NCBI GenBank assembly: GCA_038065035.1
Contig: JBBTRV010000003.1
Span: forward strand, 346 to 64,345
Direction: 5' to 3'
Origin: Patescibacteria group bacterium
GTDB lineage: Bacteria; Patescibacteriota; Minisyncoccia; UBA6257; UBA9933
DNA length: 64,000 nt
A model generated the notes under the pieces. It ran no database searches. It worked only from the letters and a program-made list of their open reading frames with translations, and was not told the origin of the DNA. Below are positions 20,434-29,912 of this stretch, piece after piece (position 1 is the first letter of the stretch; the number at the start of each line of letters is the position of its first letter). A program made the translations under genes and the position numbers.

Positions 20434-21486
20434 TTATATTGTTAAATTGCCATTAGCTGTTAATCTTCTTTTTTTGCCTTTTAAATAATTGATATAACCG
20501 CTCGCTGCAACCATGGCGGCATTATCGCCGCAAAATCTCTTCGGCGGAAAGAATACGTTAATTTTCAATTTTTCATTTTTAATTTTTAATTTCAAATTTT
20601 TCTGTAAAGAAAAATTTGATGCCACGCCACCGGAAACCATAATTGACTTGGCGTTAAATTCTTTCGCGGCCCGCAGGGTTTTATTAATTAGAACTTCAAA
20701 CGCGGCTTGCTGAAAACTTGCCGCTACATCAGCTAAAAAATCTTTCTTATTTTTAGAATCTCTCATATAATACAAGACTGCTGTTTTTAATCCGGAAAAG
20801 CTAAAATCGTAATTTTTTTGGTTAAGCATCGGCCGAGGAAAATTTATCGCGCTATGATTTCCTTTCTTCGCCAGTTTTTCAATTTCCGGACCGCCGGGAT
20901 AAGGTAATTTTAATAATCTTGCAACTTTATCAAAAGCCTCGCCAACCGCATCGTCGCGCGTTTCTCCTATTTTTTTATAATGCATTAAATCTTTCATTAA
21001 TAATAATATCGTATGGCCGCCGCTGATAATTAAAGCAATCGCCGGAAATATATTAGAAATTTCTCTTTTTTGGTTCAACAAAAAAGAGTAGAGATGCCCT
21101 TCTAAATGATTTACACCAATTAGCTTGATTTCCTTATTCCCCCGTTTCTTGATTTCTTTATATACTTCTTTAGAAAAATTTATACCAGTCCACAATGCCG
21201 GCTCCAACCCCGGCCCAACCGTAACCGCAATTAAATCTAACTTAAGTTTACCAATTTTTAAATTTTTAATTTTTTCATAGAGTATCGGAAGATTTTTTAG
21301 ATGTTCTCTCTTCGCTAAATTCGGCACCACGCCGCCAAAAGGCGCATGAATTTTAATTTGTGAAGCTACAAGATTTTTTATAATTTCAAATTGGAGTCCG
21401 CCAACTGGCGGATTAATGCCACTTTTCGCTTCTACTAAAGCAATAGCAGTTTCATCGCAAGACGTTTCAATAGCTAAAATTTTCAT
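20434..21486 (-). CDS. tsaD: tRNA N6-threonylcarbamoyltransferase TsaD
   Basis: ILAIETSCDETA, GGVVPNLAKREH, NHLEGH, ETRDDAVGEAFDKVAR and DNAAMVA motifs. Confidence 0.97.
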   Translation of the reverse strand: MKILAIETSCDETAIALVEAKSGINPPVGGLQFEIIKNLVASQIKIHAPFGGVVPNLAKREHLKNLPILYEKIKNLKIGKLKLDLIAVTVGPGLEPALWTGINFSKEVYKEIKKRGNKEIKLIGVNHLEGHLYSFLLNQKREISNIFPAIALIISGGHTILLLMKDLMHYKKIGETRDDAVGEAFDKVARLLKLPYPGGPEIEKLAKKGNHSAINFPRPMLNQKNYDFSFSGLKTAVLYYMRDSKNKKDFLADVAASFQQAAFEVLINKTLRAAKEFNAKSIMVSGGVASNFSLQKNLKLKIKNEKLKINVFFPPKRFCGDNAAMVAASGYINYLKGKKRRLTANGNLTI

Positions 21487-21491
21487 AAGCA

Positions 21492-21773
21492 TTATATCAC
21501 CTCTTGCTGATAGCATTTCTCGCAATAGACTATCTCCAATCTGTCTGGCGAATAAGTAGTTTTAAATTCATTAGGGCAAGGTTGGTTTCCGTGGAAGTGT
21601 TTGATAGTGTTTTGATAGATTCCGTTATCTGATTGAGTTCCGGCGCATTGGCATTGTCTTTTCCAGAGTTTAAGAGGATTGCGTTGTTTTAATCTTTGGT
21701 AATGGCGGCAGTTGGGGCATAGTCTAGGCAAGGGTAGATTCATTTTTCGGTAGAAATCTAGTTCTTTTGGCAA
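21492..21773 (-). pseudogene. C-terminal remnant of a Cys-rich (zinc-ribbon) CPR hypothetical protein
   Basis: ELDFYRKMNLPLPRLCPNCRH...LWKRQC...VYCEKCYQQEV resembles the end of a much longer family. No ATG start and no N-terminal part are present. Confidence 0.6.
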
Positions 21774-21802
21774 TTACATGTTTCTTGATTAATATTTTTA
21801 AA

Positions 21803-22009
21803 TTAAAAATATTTTTTCAAAAAATTCTCCGAATTTAAAATTCCAAACGGCAATTTTAAATCTCGCAATTTTTGATTGTTTAAAAAATCTTTTTTATCAA
21901 GGGTTATTAATGCTTCTGCTCCGCTTAATAAAGCGCCAAGCAAGATGGGAACATCTTTAGAAGATTTTGCCGCCGCAAAGAAAATATTGGCATCTAAAAA
22001 TACTTTCAT
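21803..22009 (-). pseudogene. PIN-domain toxin with an internal deletion
   Basis: The N-terminal motif VFLDANIFF is joined directly to the C-terminal KDVPILLGA...LITLDKKDF; 68 aa is about half a PIN domain. Confidence 0.7.
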
Positions 22010-22023
22010 TATTAATTAGGAAG

Positions 22024-22223
22024 CTATGATTTTAAAATCTTTTCTATTTTTTGTCTTGTTATTTTACTTACCTTATCTTCTTTCAAAAACTCTTGCATTC
22101 TTTTTGGAGAATAATCTTCTATTTCAAAAACCATTTCCGCCATTTTCTTGAAAAATTTCTCGTATAAAGCGGCTTTTTTTCTAAACTTTCATATTTAGTT
22201 TTTGATAATGTAATAACAGCCAT
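22024..22223 (-). pseudogene. frameshifted putative antitoxin
   Basis: Adding one A to the A7 run (22174-22180) restores a 66-aa ORF MAVITLSKTKYESLEKKAALYE...IEDYSPKRMQEFLKEDK...ILKS directly upstream of the PIN gene. Confidence 0.6.
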
Positions 22224-22293
22224 AATCATTATATTATGATAAATAAATCGAAAAATCAAACCACTTCCGCCTGATAACAGGTATTTATTTTAT

Positions 22294-22599
22294 CTATTGA
22301 ATGCACTGCGACATATATTCCTTATACGCCCTATTAACGCGCCTAACATCAACAACCGCGATACACGGCAAGCTGTAACTATGATTCTGCATAATTAAAT
22401 CTTCAATCTGCTGAACTTTAGCTTCGATTGTTTTTATTAAAAGAACGGCTTCATCATCGTTTTTCACTTCATTTTCCCAGAAATAAATAGAATCAATCGG
22501 CCAGATATTAACACAGCTGGCGAATTTTTTCTCAACAATAAGTCTGCCGATTTTTTTGGCTTCTTCGCTGTTCTGACAAGTAGTATAAATTAAAACCAT
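22294..22599 (-). CDS. cutA: divalent-cation tolerance protein CutA
   Basis: IYTT, ASCVNI, SIYFWE, LLIKT and HSYSLPCI motifs. Confidence 0.92.
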   Translation of the reverse strand: MVLIYTTCQNSEEAKKIGRLIVEKKFASCVNIWPIDSIYFWENEVKNDDEAVLLIKTIEAKVQQIEDLIMQNHSYSLPCIAVVDVRRVNRAYKEYMSQCIQ

Positions 22600-22604
22600 A
22601 TTTA

Positions 22605-24080
22605 TTAAACTATCGGTTCACCTCCTTTTTCGGCCTTTATATCAGAAGATTGCTCTGCGCGTTCTTCAGTTTTGGCAATTTGTTCAATTACCGGCTTTTC
22701 CGAAACGGTTCCGCCGCCGCTTATTAATGCATCTTCTTCTGATATTCTTTTTTTAACTTCCTCAACCGCTACGCAATAATTCTGATGGTTATATTCAAAA
22801 ATTTCGTTTTTATAAGAAAGGTGGGTTGCCGGAAGAATTTTTAAAGTCTCTGCGGAAAAAGGGTCGGCCATGCCGCCGTCAATCGTCATTTTTATATAAA
22901 ATTCCTGCATTCCAAGATTAATCATATCTTTGGCTTTAAAAACCGGCGTCATCTCCTTTTCAAAAGCCATTGCGTCGTCGCCGCCAAGCCGGAAAATTAC
23001 CATTGAAGCGACATTGCCCAAAAAAGTCGCCATCACCTGCGGTGAAAGCTGGGCGCGATATTGATGCGCAACCGTCAAAGCCAGGCCATATTTTCTCGCC
23101 TCGGTTAAAATATTAATAAAAGTGTCGGTAACAACATTATAAAATTCGTCAACATAAAAATAAAAATCTTTCCGCTCTTCTTCCTTCATGCTTGCCCGCG
23201 CCATGCCGGCCTGATAAATTTTTGTCACAAACATTGAACCGAAAAAACTGGAATTTTCTTCTCCTAGTTTTCCTTTTGATAAATTAATCAGCAAAATTTT
23301 CTGCTCATTCATTATTTTTTCAAGATCAATTTTATTTTCCTGCTGGCCGAAAATATAGCGGAGTAAAGGATTGGAAAGAAATTGTCCTAGTTTATTAACC
23401 AGCGGGATAATCGCTTCAGTATCGAATTTTTCTGACCAGTCCGCAAATTCAATCGCCCAAAATCTTTTTACCATCTCATCTTCAATATACTCCACAACCT
23501 TCTGGCGATAATTCCTATCAGTTAACAGCGAAATCATACCGCGCATTGTCGCGCCCGGATAATCCAAAAGCGCCAGACAAGTAAACCGAAAAACATGTTC
23601 CAATCTCGGCGTCCAATTGGCACCAAATTGCTTTTCCATAACCTCGATCAAGCCTTGTGTAACCTGATGCTTTAATTCCGGCGCCACATTTTTAAGCGGA
23701 TTAAAAGAAACCGGCCATTCGGTGTCTGAGGGATCAATCAAAACAACATCTTTTATTCTATGTTCCGGCACGAAATCCAAAGTACTGGCAATCACATCGC
23801 CATGAGGGTCCATCAAGCAAAGCCCATGGCCATAAGCAATATCCTGGCGAATCATCAATTCAAGCAATTTTGACTTGCCGACTCCAGATTTGCCGACAAC
23901 ATAAAAATGGCGCCTGCGGTCTTTTCTTTTAATGCCGAAAATAAGCCTCTTAGTTTCAAACTCAGATTCAAAATTCGTGCGGCCGAAAAAACAAACCTCT
24001 TTTGGGTCAACCTGGCCGTAAACCGGAAGGTCTGAAGGCGGCGGCGCATATTTAATTATTTTTACTTTGTCACTATTCAT
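22605..24080 (-). CDS. VirD4/TraG-like P-loop ATPase (type IV coupling-protein family)
   Basis: RRRHFYVVGKSGVGKS Walker A, DPHGD, YVDEF Walker B, EARKYGLALTVAHQY. Confidence 0.85.
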   Translation of the reverse strand: MNSDKVKIIKYAPPPSDLPVYGQVDPKEVCFFGRTNFESEFETKRLIFGIKRKDRRRHFYVVGKSGVGKSKLLELMIRQDIAYGHGLCLMDPHGDVIASTLDFVPEHRIKDVVLIDPSDTEWPVSFNPLKNVAPELKHQVTQGLIEVMEKQFGANWTPRLEHVFRFTCLALLDYPGATMRGMISLLTDRNYRQKVVEYIEDEMVKRFWAIEFADWSEKFDTEAIIPLVNKLGQFLSNPLLRYIFGQQENKIDLEKIMNEQKILLINLSKGKLGEENSSFFGSMFVTKIYQAGMARASMKEEERKDFYFYVDEFYNVVTDTFINILTEARKYGLALTVAHQYRAQLSPQVMATFLGNVASMVIFRLGGDDAMAFEKEMTPVFKAKDMINLGMQEFYIKMTIDGGMADPFSAETLKILPATHLSYKNEIFEYNHQNYCVAVEEVKKRISEEDALISGGGTVSEKPVIEQIAKTEERAEQSSDIKAEKGGEPIV

Positions 24081-24084
24081 TTCT

Positions 24085-24609
24085 TTAAATAAGTTCTAAT
24101 TCCGCATCTAATAAATCTTCCATGCATTTATGGTAAATTGCGATAATCCTTCTGGCCTCTTCTTTGGAAATTTTATATCCCGCTTCATGCACGAGCCTAT
24201 TTCTAGTTTTGTGCGCCTCCCAAAGAGCGTCTAAATTGCTAAATTCTCCCGGATGAATTGATTTCATTCTTTCGCCCATGTCATGCCCCGAATGGCCATG
24301 CTCTTTTAAAATTTCATCTATCAAACTATCAGCTTCAATTATCGCCAAACGCAAATCTCTTTCGTCTCCGGATTTTATCACGGAAATTATTTTATCCCAT
24401 TTTTTATGGATATGCTCCCGATGCCGCATCACCGATCCCCTATATTTATTGCCTGAAAACAGATTTTTAAAAAAATTAATTGACGGAAGGAAGCTTAATG
24501 GCGGCCGGAAAGGCAAAGCTTTAGCACATAAATAAACAATTGCTAAAATTACAATCCCGATTCCGGAAATAAGGATAAATTTTAAATAAGGCAAAACCGC
24601 TCTAATCAT
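24085..24609 (-). CDS. conserved hypothetical membrane-anchored helical protein
   Basis: N-terminal TM, then LAIIEAD...MGERMK...WEAHKTRNRLVHE. Confidence 0.8.
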   Translation of the reverse strand: MIRAVLPYLKFILISGIGIVILAIVYLCAKALPFRPPLSFLPSINFFKNLFSGNKYRGSVMRHREHIHKKWDKIISVIKSGDERDLRLAIIEADSLIDEILKEHGHSGHDMGERMKSIHPGEFSNLDALWEAHKTRNRLVHEAGYKISKEEARRIIAIYHKCMEDLLDAELELI

Positions 24610-24639
24610 TGCATTTAATTATACCAGTTTTCGCCCTTT

Positions 24640-25266
24640 TTAAAACCCAATACCCTGGCCGGTAATCAGCCAGAAAATAAATTGGGCGATTGGCGGAAGA
24701 AGAAACATCGCCGCAAACAAAGCCACAAAAATTCCGGCAAAGCCAAGATTCATCACTGAATGCCAAATTTGAGGGAATAAATCATTTAAAACTTTTGAAC
24801 CGTCCAAAGGCGGCACCGGAATTAAATTGAAAAGCCCGAGAAAAATATTAACGTAAATTATAACCGTCAGAAATTCCAAAAAAATCGGCGGCAATCCGGT
24901 CCATAATAAAAGCCCTGGGGAAAATCTTAAAATCAAACCAATAATTATAGCGACTAAAAAATTCGCGGCTGGTCCGGCAATGCCAACTTTTAAAGAACCA
25001 TATTTCGGGTCTTTCAAATTATACGGATTATAAGGCACGGGTTTTGCCCAGCCGATAAAAATCCCGGAAGTTAACATTAGAAAAAGCGGAATAATAACTG
25101 TGCCAAAAGCGTCCAAATGAACTAAAGGATTTAAAGTAAGTCGGCCGGCGTCTTTAGCGGTTGAGTCGCCCAAACGATACGCCATCCAGCCGTGAGAAAA
25201 TTCATGAATTACGGCTGAAAAAATAATAATAATATATAAAAATAGTTTGAAAATAGCTTCATCCAT
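24640..25266 (-). CDS. site-2 protease family (M50) membrane metalloprotease
   Basis: HEFSH, AGPAAN and NLIPVPPLDG motifs. Confidence 0.95.
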   Translation of the reverse strand: MDEAIFKLFLYIIIIFSAVIHEFSHGWMAYRLGDSTAKDAGRLTLNPLVHLDAFGTVIIPLFLMLTSGIFIGWAKPVPYNPYNLKDPKYGSLKVGIAGPAANFLVAIIIGLILRFSPGLLLWTGLPPIFLEFLTVIIYVNIFLGLFNLIPVPPLDGSKVLNDLFPQIWHSVMNLGFAGIFVALFAAMFLLPPIAQFIFWLITGQGIGF

Positions 25267-25298
25267 ATTTCTTTATCAGGCAATCGCCATTATTTCAT

Positions 25299-25369
25299 TC
25301 GGGCTGCCGGGAATCGAACCCGGGCCGCACGCACCCCATGCGCGCACACTGCCATTATGCTACAGCCCG
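25299..25369 (-). tRNA. tRNA-Pro(GGG)
   Basis: CGGGCTG...CAGCCCG-A, anticodon arm CGCGC-ATGGGGT-GCGTG, GGTTCGATTCC. Confidence 0.92.
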
Positions 25370-25373
25370 ATGA

Positions 25374-25556
25374 TTAAATCTTATGCAAAGTCCGCCGGCA
25401 TTTGGTGCACAATAAAATACGCTGGCCGTTAGGCAGTTTAGTCATTTGAAGATTGGGATATTTTCTTTTTAGCGGTGTGGGGTTGTAATTGCCGCGAAGT
25501 TTTTTTCTGCCTCCGCGCATAATTGACCCTTTTCCGCATTTTTTACATTGTCTCAT
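25374..25556 (-). CDS. rpmB: 50S ribosomal protein L28 (Zn-ribbon type)
   Basis: CKKCGKG...KRKYPNLQ...LCTKCRRT. Confidence 0.85.
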   Translation of the reverse strand: MRQCKKCGKGSIMRGGRKKLRGNYNPTPLKRKYPNLQMTKLPNGQRILLCTKCRRTLHKI

Positions 25557-25567
25557 AATAACGAAAA

Positions 25568-25692
25568 GAGCCCCAGCAGTTGGATTATCCCGGCTATTGC
25601 CAGGTGGGTAGACTCAACTCCGATTCGAAAATCGAAATACTGTTGCCTTCCCTTCTATACCAACTTGATCCGAGTAATCGCAGCCAGAGCTC
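25568..25692 (-). ncRNA. ssrS: compact 6S-like RNA (~125 nt)
   Basis: Paired ends GAGCTCTGGC/GCTGGGGCTC, stem GATTACTCGG/CCGGGATAATC, central bubble, GGGAAGGC/GTCTACCC stem, an ACCCACCTG...CGGG segment, and its own promoter. Folded by eye only. Confidence 0.65.
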
Positions 25693-25698
25693 ATTGTA

Positions 25699-25726
25699 AT
25701 TATAAACGATTTTTAAAAAAATTCAA
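25699..25726 (-). promoter_or_regulatory. sigma70 promoter of the 6S-like RNA
   Basis: TTGAAT-16 nt-TATAAT, 6 nt before the RNA 5' stem. Confidence 0.7.
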
Positions 25727-25731
25727 CCCCT

Positions 25732-26319
25732 TTAAAACATTATATCCTCCTCTGCTCTTTTATATTCATGAATTTCCTCCGGAGAAAACCAATATTCAAT
25801 TTCATGTATTGCTTCCTCCATAGTTTCCGAAGCATGGACGATATTATGAACAGACCTTTTGTCGGAATTCGCTAATGCCGGCGAATCAACGGAATAATCG
25901 CCGCGAATCGTTCCCATTTCAGCTAAATTGGGCAAAGTATTGCCGCAAAGTTTTCTTACCATATCTATAGCATGCACTCCTTGAACAATTATTTTTACTA
26001 ATGGTCCGGAGGTCATAAAATCAATTATCCATCCCCTCACCATCTTGCCTATCTCATCAGCATCGTTAGTGCCCAATTCTTTTATAGGATCCATTCCGTA
26101 TTTTTCATAAGTTCCAAGCGATTTTTTGCCCAATCTGTTAATCCATCCCGGATTTTTCGGATAATGTCCATCAATTTGTTCAGGCGTCGCCCAAATCATT
26201 TTTAAAGCGATTATTTTTAATCCTCTTTGTTCAATGCGGCGAATAATTTCTCCGGATAATCCCCTTTTAACTCCGTCAGGTTTTATTAAAACCAGAGTTT
26301 TTTCTTCTTTTAATTTCAT
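25732..26319 (-). CDS. ndk: nucleoside diphosphate kinase
   Basis: TLVLIKPDGVKRGL, FMTSGP, GTIRGD and NIVHASE motifs. Confidence 0.95.
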   Translation of the reverse strand: MKLKEEKTLVLIKPDGVKRGLSGEIIRRIEQRGLKIIALKMIWATPEQIDGHYPKNPGWINRLGKKSLGTYEKYGMDPIKELGTNDADEIGKMVRGWIIDFMTSGPLVKIIVQGVHAIDMVRKLCGNTLPNLAEMGTIRGDYSVDSPALANSDKRSVHNIVHASETMEEAIHEIEYWFSPEEIHEYKRAEEDIMF

Positions 26320-26329
26320 AAAACTTAAT

Positions 26330-27196
26330 CTACCACTTTTTTTTAAAAATGTTAATAGCGTTATTGTGGATTACTAATTTTATTATTCCATCAAAATCCG
26401 TACGGAAAATTTGAGAGCCAATATTGGCCAGCCTTGTCAATGTCTGAGTTGTCGGATGTCCATAACTGTTTTTACCGACTTCAATCACCGATATTTTAGG
26501 ATTTGTCTTTTTTAAAAATTCCTCGCCCGAAGAAAATTTCGAACCATGATGGCCGACTTTTAAAACATCAGCGCCGATATTAAAATTCTCAACCAGATAT
26601 TTTTCGATATTTTCTCCAATATCGCCGGTAAATAAAGCTCTAAAATTACCAATGCTTAATCTTAAAACTAAAGTGGTATCATTTAACTCCTTGCTCGCCA
26701 AAAATTCTTTTGGCGGCGAAAGAACGTCAAAAACATTATCCCTATACTTTATTTTATCGCTCTGCGCCAAAATAATTTTTAAAGCGCCGTTTTCTTTCAA
26801 GTTTTCTTTTATGGCATTTTCTAAATCTTTAAATGCCTTGGCTTCGCCCGCACGGCCGTTATAAATAAAAGCGCCGATTTTATAACGTTTTAAAACATCT
26901 ATCAGGCCGGCAAAATGGTCCATCTGCGGATGCGAAAGAATTATTAAATCAATATATCTGTCGGTTGGACTTAAAACGTCTGCTAATTCGCTTAAAATTT
27001 TCTTGTCCGGCCCGCCGTCAATCAAAACTTTAACATTGCCGGGCAAAATAACCATTTCACTATCACCTTGTCCGATGTCAAAAAAATAAACTTCTAAATT
27101 TTTATTCTGATTATTAAAAATAATCAGCGACCAGATAAATAAATCAAACGCCACTAAAAAAATAAAAAGAATAATTAAATGATTGCGATTAAGCAT
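26330..27196 (-). CDS. ComEC/Rec2-type metallo-beta-lactamase-fold protein (stand-alone)
   Basis: FFDIGQGDS, LIDGG, SHPQMDHFAG, LFTGD, KVGHHGS, NSYGHP and RTD motifs. Confidence 0.9.
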   Translation of the reverse strand: MLNRNHLIILFIFLVAFDLFIWSLIIFNNQNKNLEVYFFDIGQGDSEMVILPGNVKVLIDGGPDKKILSELADVLSPTDRYIDLIILSHPQMDHFAGLIDVLKRYKIGAFIYNGRAGEAKAFKDLENAIKENLKENGALKIILAQSDKIKYRDNVFDVLSPPKEFLASKELNDTTLVLRLSIGNFRALFTGDIGENIEKYLVENFNIGADVLKVGHHGSKFSSGEEFLKKTNPKISVIEVGKNSYGHPTTQTLTRLANIGSQIFRTDFDGIIKLVIHNNAINIFKKKW

Positions 27197-27249
27197 TATT
27201 CAAATTTTAAAACAAAAAACAGCCGTTTAAAAGACTGTTTTTTAAAAGA

Positions 27250-27344
27250 TAAACCAAGCTATTAGTGTTTCTGAAACCTAAACGGAAGCGCAGTCCCGCA
27301 GAGCGGGACGTGAGCGGATTGAAGAATACTAATAGCTTGGTTTA
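27250..27344. other. structured intergenic element, copy 1
   Basis: A 21-bp outer inverted repeat encloses CTGAAACCTAAACGGAAGCGCAGTCC-hairpin-GGACGTGAGCGGATTGAAG; the core recurs at 30.5 kb. Confidence 0.85.
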
Positions 27345-27350
27345 ATAAAA

Positions 27351-27935
27351 TTAAATTTTGCCTACTAAATCCATTCCCGGCTTTAATGTGTCTTTTCCCG
27401 GTTGCCAGCTGGCCGGACAAACCTGACCATTATGCTCTTCAACAAATTTAGCGGCTTGCAATTTTCTTATAATTTCCGCGGTATTTCTGCCGATACTGTT
27501 ATCATGCAATTCATAAGATTTTATCACACCGTGCGGGTCAATAATAACGCTGGCGCGAAGCGATAGTCCGTCGTTTTCAAGGTAAGTGCCAAACGCTCTG
27601 CATAATCTTCCAGTCGGGTCCGCAATCATCGGATATTGAATTTTCTTGATTGACGGCGAATTATCATGCCAGGCCTTGTGCGTAAAAACCGTATCCGTTG
27701 AAACACTCATCACTTCCGCTCCTTGTTTCTTAAACTCATCATACAAATCAGCTGCTTCCGACAATTCAGTCGGGCAGATAAAAGTAAAATCCGCCGGATA
27801 AAACAATAAAACCAGCCATTTTCCGCTATAATCGGAAAATTTTATTTGTTTTGTTTCATTATTTTGAAAAATCTCAAATGAAACATCGGGAATTTTTTTT
27901 CCGACAATCGGCATTGATAAAATTTTTTCTTCCAT
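27351..27935 (-). CDS. ahpC: 2-Cys peroxiredoxin AhpC
   Basis: FYPADFTFICPTE and VCPASW motifs. Confidence 0.95.
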   Translation of the reverse strand: MEEKILSMPIVGKKIPDVSFEIFQNNETKQIKFSDYSGKWLVLLFYPADFTFICPTELSEAADLYDEFKKQGAEVMSVSTDTVFTHKAWHDNSPSIKKIQYPMIADPTGRLCRAFGTYLENDGLSLRASVIIDPHGVIKSYELHDNSIGRNTAEIIRKLQAAKFVEEHNGQVCPASWQPGKDTLKPGMDLVGKI

Positions 27936-27973
27936 AAATTTAAATTATAAGTTATTTTGATAAACAACGACCT

Positions 27974-28561
27974 TTAATCTAATGACATTCTTTCTGAAAT
28001 AACGCTCCAGTCAATCGCTTTTAAAAACGCTTCAATATAATCAGCTCTTTTCAAGCCATAATCCGGCATATAAGCATGCTCAAAAACATCCATTACTAAC
28101 AATGGTTTAGCACCGCTAAAATGCCCAACATCGTGCTCATTAATCCAAACATTAAATAATCTATTCGCCAAAACATCGTAATACAAAACCACCCAACCAA
28201 TCCCGCGCATCATTCCTATTGCCTTAAAATCTTTTTCCCATTCTTCGTATGAACCCCAATCTTTATTAATTTTTTCTGATAAAACTGAATTTTTATCAAA
28301 TTCTGTCTGCTCTTTCGATAAATTCTCGAAATAATATTCGTGCAAACGCATACCATTAAACTCCCAGCTGAATCGCCTATTTAGTTCAGCAACTTCCGGA
28401 GTGCTATGTTTTCCCTCTTTTTCCATCGCAATCAAAATATCATTGAGCTTATTAAAATTCGCCACATAGCCGGAATAAAGCGTAAAATGATTTTTCAACA
28501 ACTGGTCGCTAAAACCCTGAAGGCCTAATAAATTTTCGTAATTTTTTGCTTCGTATTTCAT
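27974..28561 (-). CDS. Fe/Mn superoxide dismutase family protein
   Basis: NHFTLY, LHEYYF, GIGW and DVFEHAY motifs. Confidence 0.9.
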   Translation of the reverse strand: MKYEAKNYENLLGLQGFSDQLLKNHFTLYSGYVANFNKLNDILIAMEKEGKHSTPEVAELNRRFSWEFNGMRLHEYYFENLSKEQTEFDKNSVLSEKINKDWGSYEEWEKDFKAIGMMRGIGWVVLYYDVLANRLFNVWINEHDVGHFSGAKPLLVMDVFEHAYMPDYGLKRADYIEAFLKAIDWSVISERMSLD

Positions 28562-28581
28562 ATTATGATAAACTTCGAAAA

Positions 28582-28869
28582 ATGCTTAATAAAGAAGAAT
28601 TTCTTAAAACTATAAAGGAAAGAGCTGAAAAAAGCAAAGTTTACAAGAAATACCAGCTAATCGGCTTAATTATAGCCCAGCTTTTAAACGACGAAAAACA
28701 CAAATCACTTTATATAAAACTGGCGAAAAAGCACAATCCTGACCATTTATTAAGCATCGCTAAAGATGTTTCTGAAAGAAAAAATATAAAAAACAAAGGA
28801 GGATATTTTATGATAGTGCTTGCGAAAACACATCCTTATCTTTTAAAGGATTTAAAAGAGAAAAAATAA
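28582..28869 (+). CDS. hypothetical protein
   Basis: Basic 95-aa ORF (YQLIGL...HKSLYIKLAK...NKGGYFM). Confidence 0.7.
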   Translation: MLNKEEFLKTIKERAEKSKVYKKYQLIGLIIAQLLNDEKHKSLYIKLAKKHNPDHLLSIAKDVSERKNIKNKGGYFMIVLAKTHPYLLKDLKEKK

Positions 28870-28927
28870 TATTTACGTATCATCTAAAATTTAACGCCAA
28901 ACATTTATAAATATAAAAAGTAATGAC

Positions 28928-29857
28928 TTACAAATATTTTAATTTTCCTTTTACTTCTTCTATTGATTTATAACCTTTTCTTTTAAGAATTTCTTCTAAT
29001 TCCGAATTTATCCTTACAAAGCAACTCTGGCCCTCTTTTTCAAATGTGGTCGCTATTTGAACAGCATCTGCCCCAGCAAGAAGAAATTCAAAAACATCTA
29101 TACCTGTTTTAATCCCTCCAACGCCAAAAATTGAAACTTTATCCTTGAGCAATTCATAAAAAGCTCTCACATTTGCCAAAGCAATCGGCTTGATATAATC
29201 CCCAGAAAGACCGCCAAACCATTTCTTTGGTTTTATGACGGGTGTTTCAGATTCTGGATCAATAACTAAAGTATTGCCAACTGAATTTATGCAAGTGATA
29301 AAACTAATTTTATATTTTTTAATTAAATCTGCCATTTGTTTATGATGGATAAAATCATAAAATGGCGGAAGTTTCAATCCAATTGGTTTTTCTCCTAAAT
29401 TTGAAATCTTGCATAGCACTTTTTCAGTTTGTTCAAAATCATAAGCAATTTGCGTCTTTCCCTCCAAATTTGGACAACTTAAATTTACTTCGATTAAATC
29501 AACATCGCTATTTTGAAAAGCTTCAACCATTTTTTCATAATCTTCAATAAACAAGCCAGCAACGCTTACAATAATAGACTTGTTATATTTTTTTAGATAC
29601 GAAGAAAATTTAATATACTCTTGATAACCCAAATTTGGCAATCCCATAGATTGAATAGAACCCAGTGGAAGTCTAATATATCTCGGTTTTTGATTTCCCT
29701 CCCTTGGTTCTATGGTGCACGATTTCATCATAATGGCAGACGATTTTGATTTGCCAATATTTTCCAATTCATCAAAAGTGGAATCTAATGGACCCGAAGC
29801 ATTGCAAATATATGAATCCATTTTAACGCCTGCAATTCTAGTTTTTGTGATTATCAT
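28928..29857 (-). CDS. pyrD: dihydroorotate dehydrogenase, class 1A-like
   Basis: NASG, KSCT, SMGLPN, NLSCPN, KLPP, INSVGN, GGLSG...KPIALANV and GVGGI motifs. Confidence 0.9.
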   Translation of the reverse strand: MIITKTRIAGVKMDSYICNASGPLDSTFDELENIGKSKSSAIMMKSCTIEPREGNQKPRYIRLPLGSIQSMGLPNLGYQEYIKFSSYLKKYNKSIIVSVAGLFIEDYEKMVEAFQNSDVDLIEVNLSCPNLEGKTQIAYDFEQTEKVLCKISNLGEKPIGLKLPPFYDFIHHKQMADLIKKYKISFITCINSVGNTLVIDPESETPVIKPKKWFGGLSGDYIKPIALANVRAFYELLKDKVSIFGVGGIKTGIDVFEFLLAGADAVQIATTFEKEGQSCFVRINSELEEILKRKGYKSIEEVKGKLKYL

Positions 29858-29912
29858 GAACAATAAAATTTGACGATATTCTTAATTTATCGTATTTTTA
29901 TTATATTAAATT

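Noticed and set aside
22605-24080. Conjugative element around the VirD4-like ATPase
   Set aside because: No relaxase, VirB genes or integrase nearby; it is flanked by ordinary chromosomal genes.
25568-25692. 5S rRNA or SRP RNA identity for the 125-nt structured RNA
   Set aside because: It lacks the 5S CCGAAC loop and the SRP helix-8 CAGG/GNRA/AGCA arrangement; a 6S-like fold fits better.
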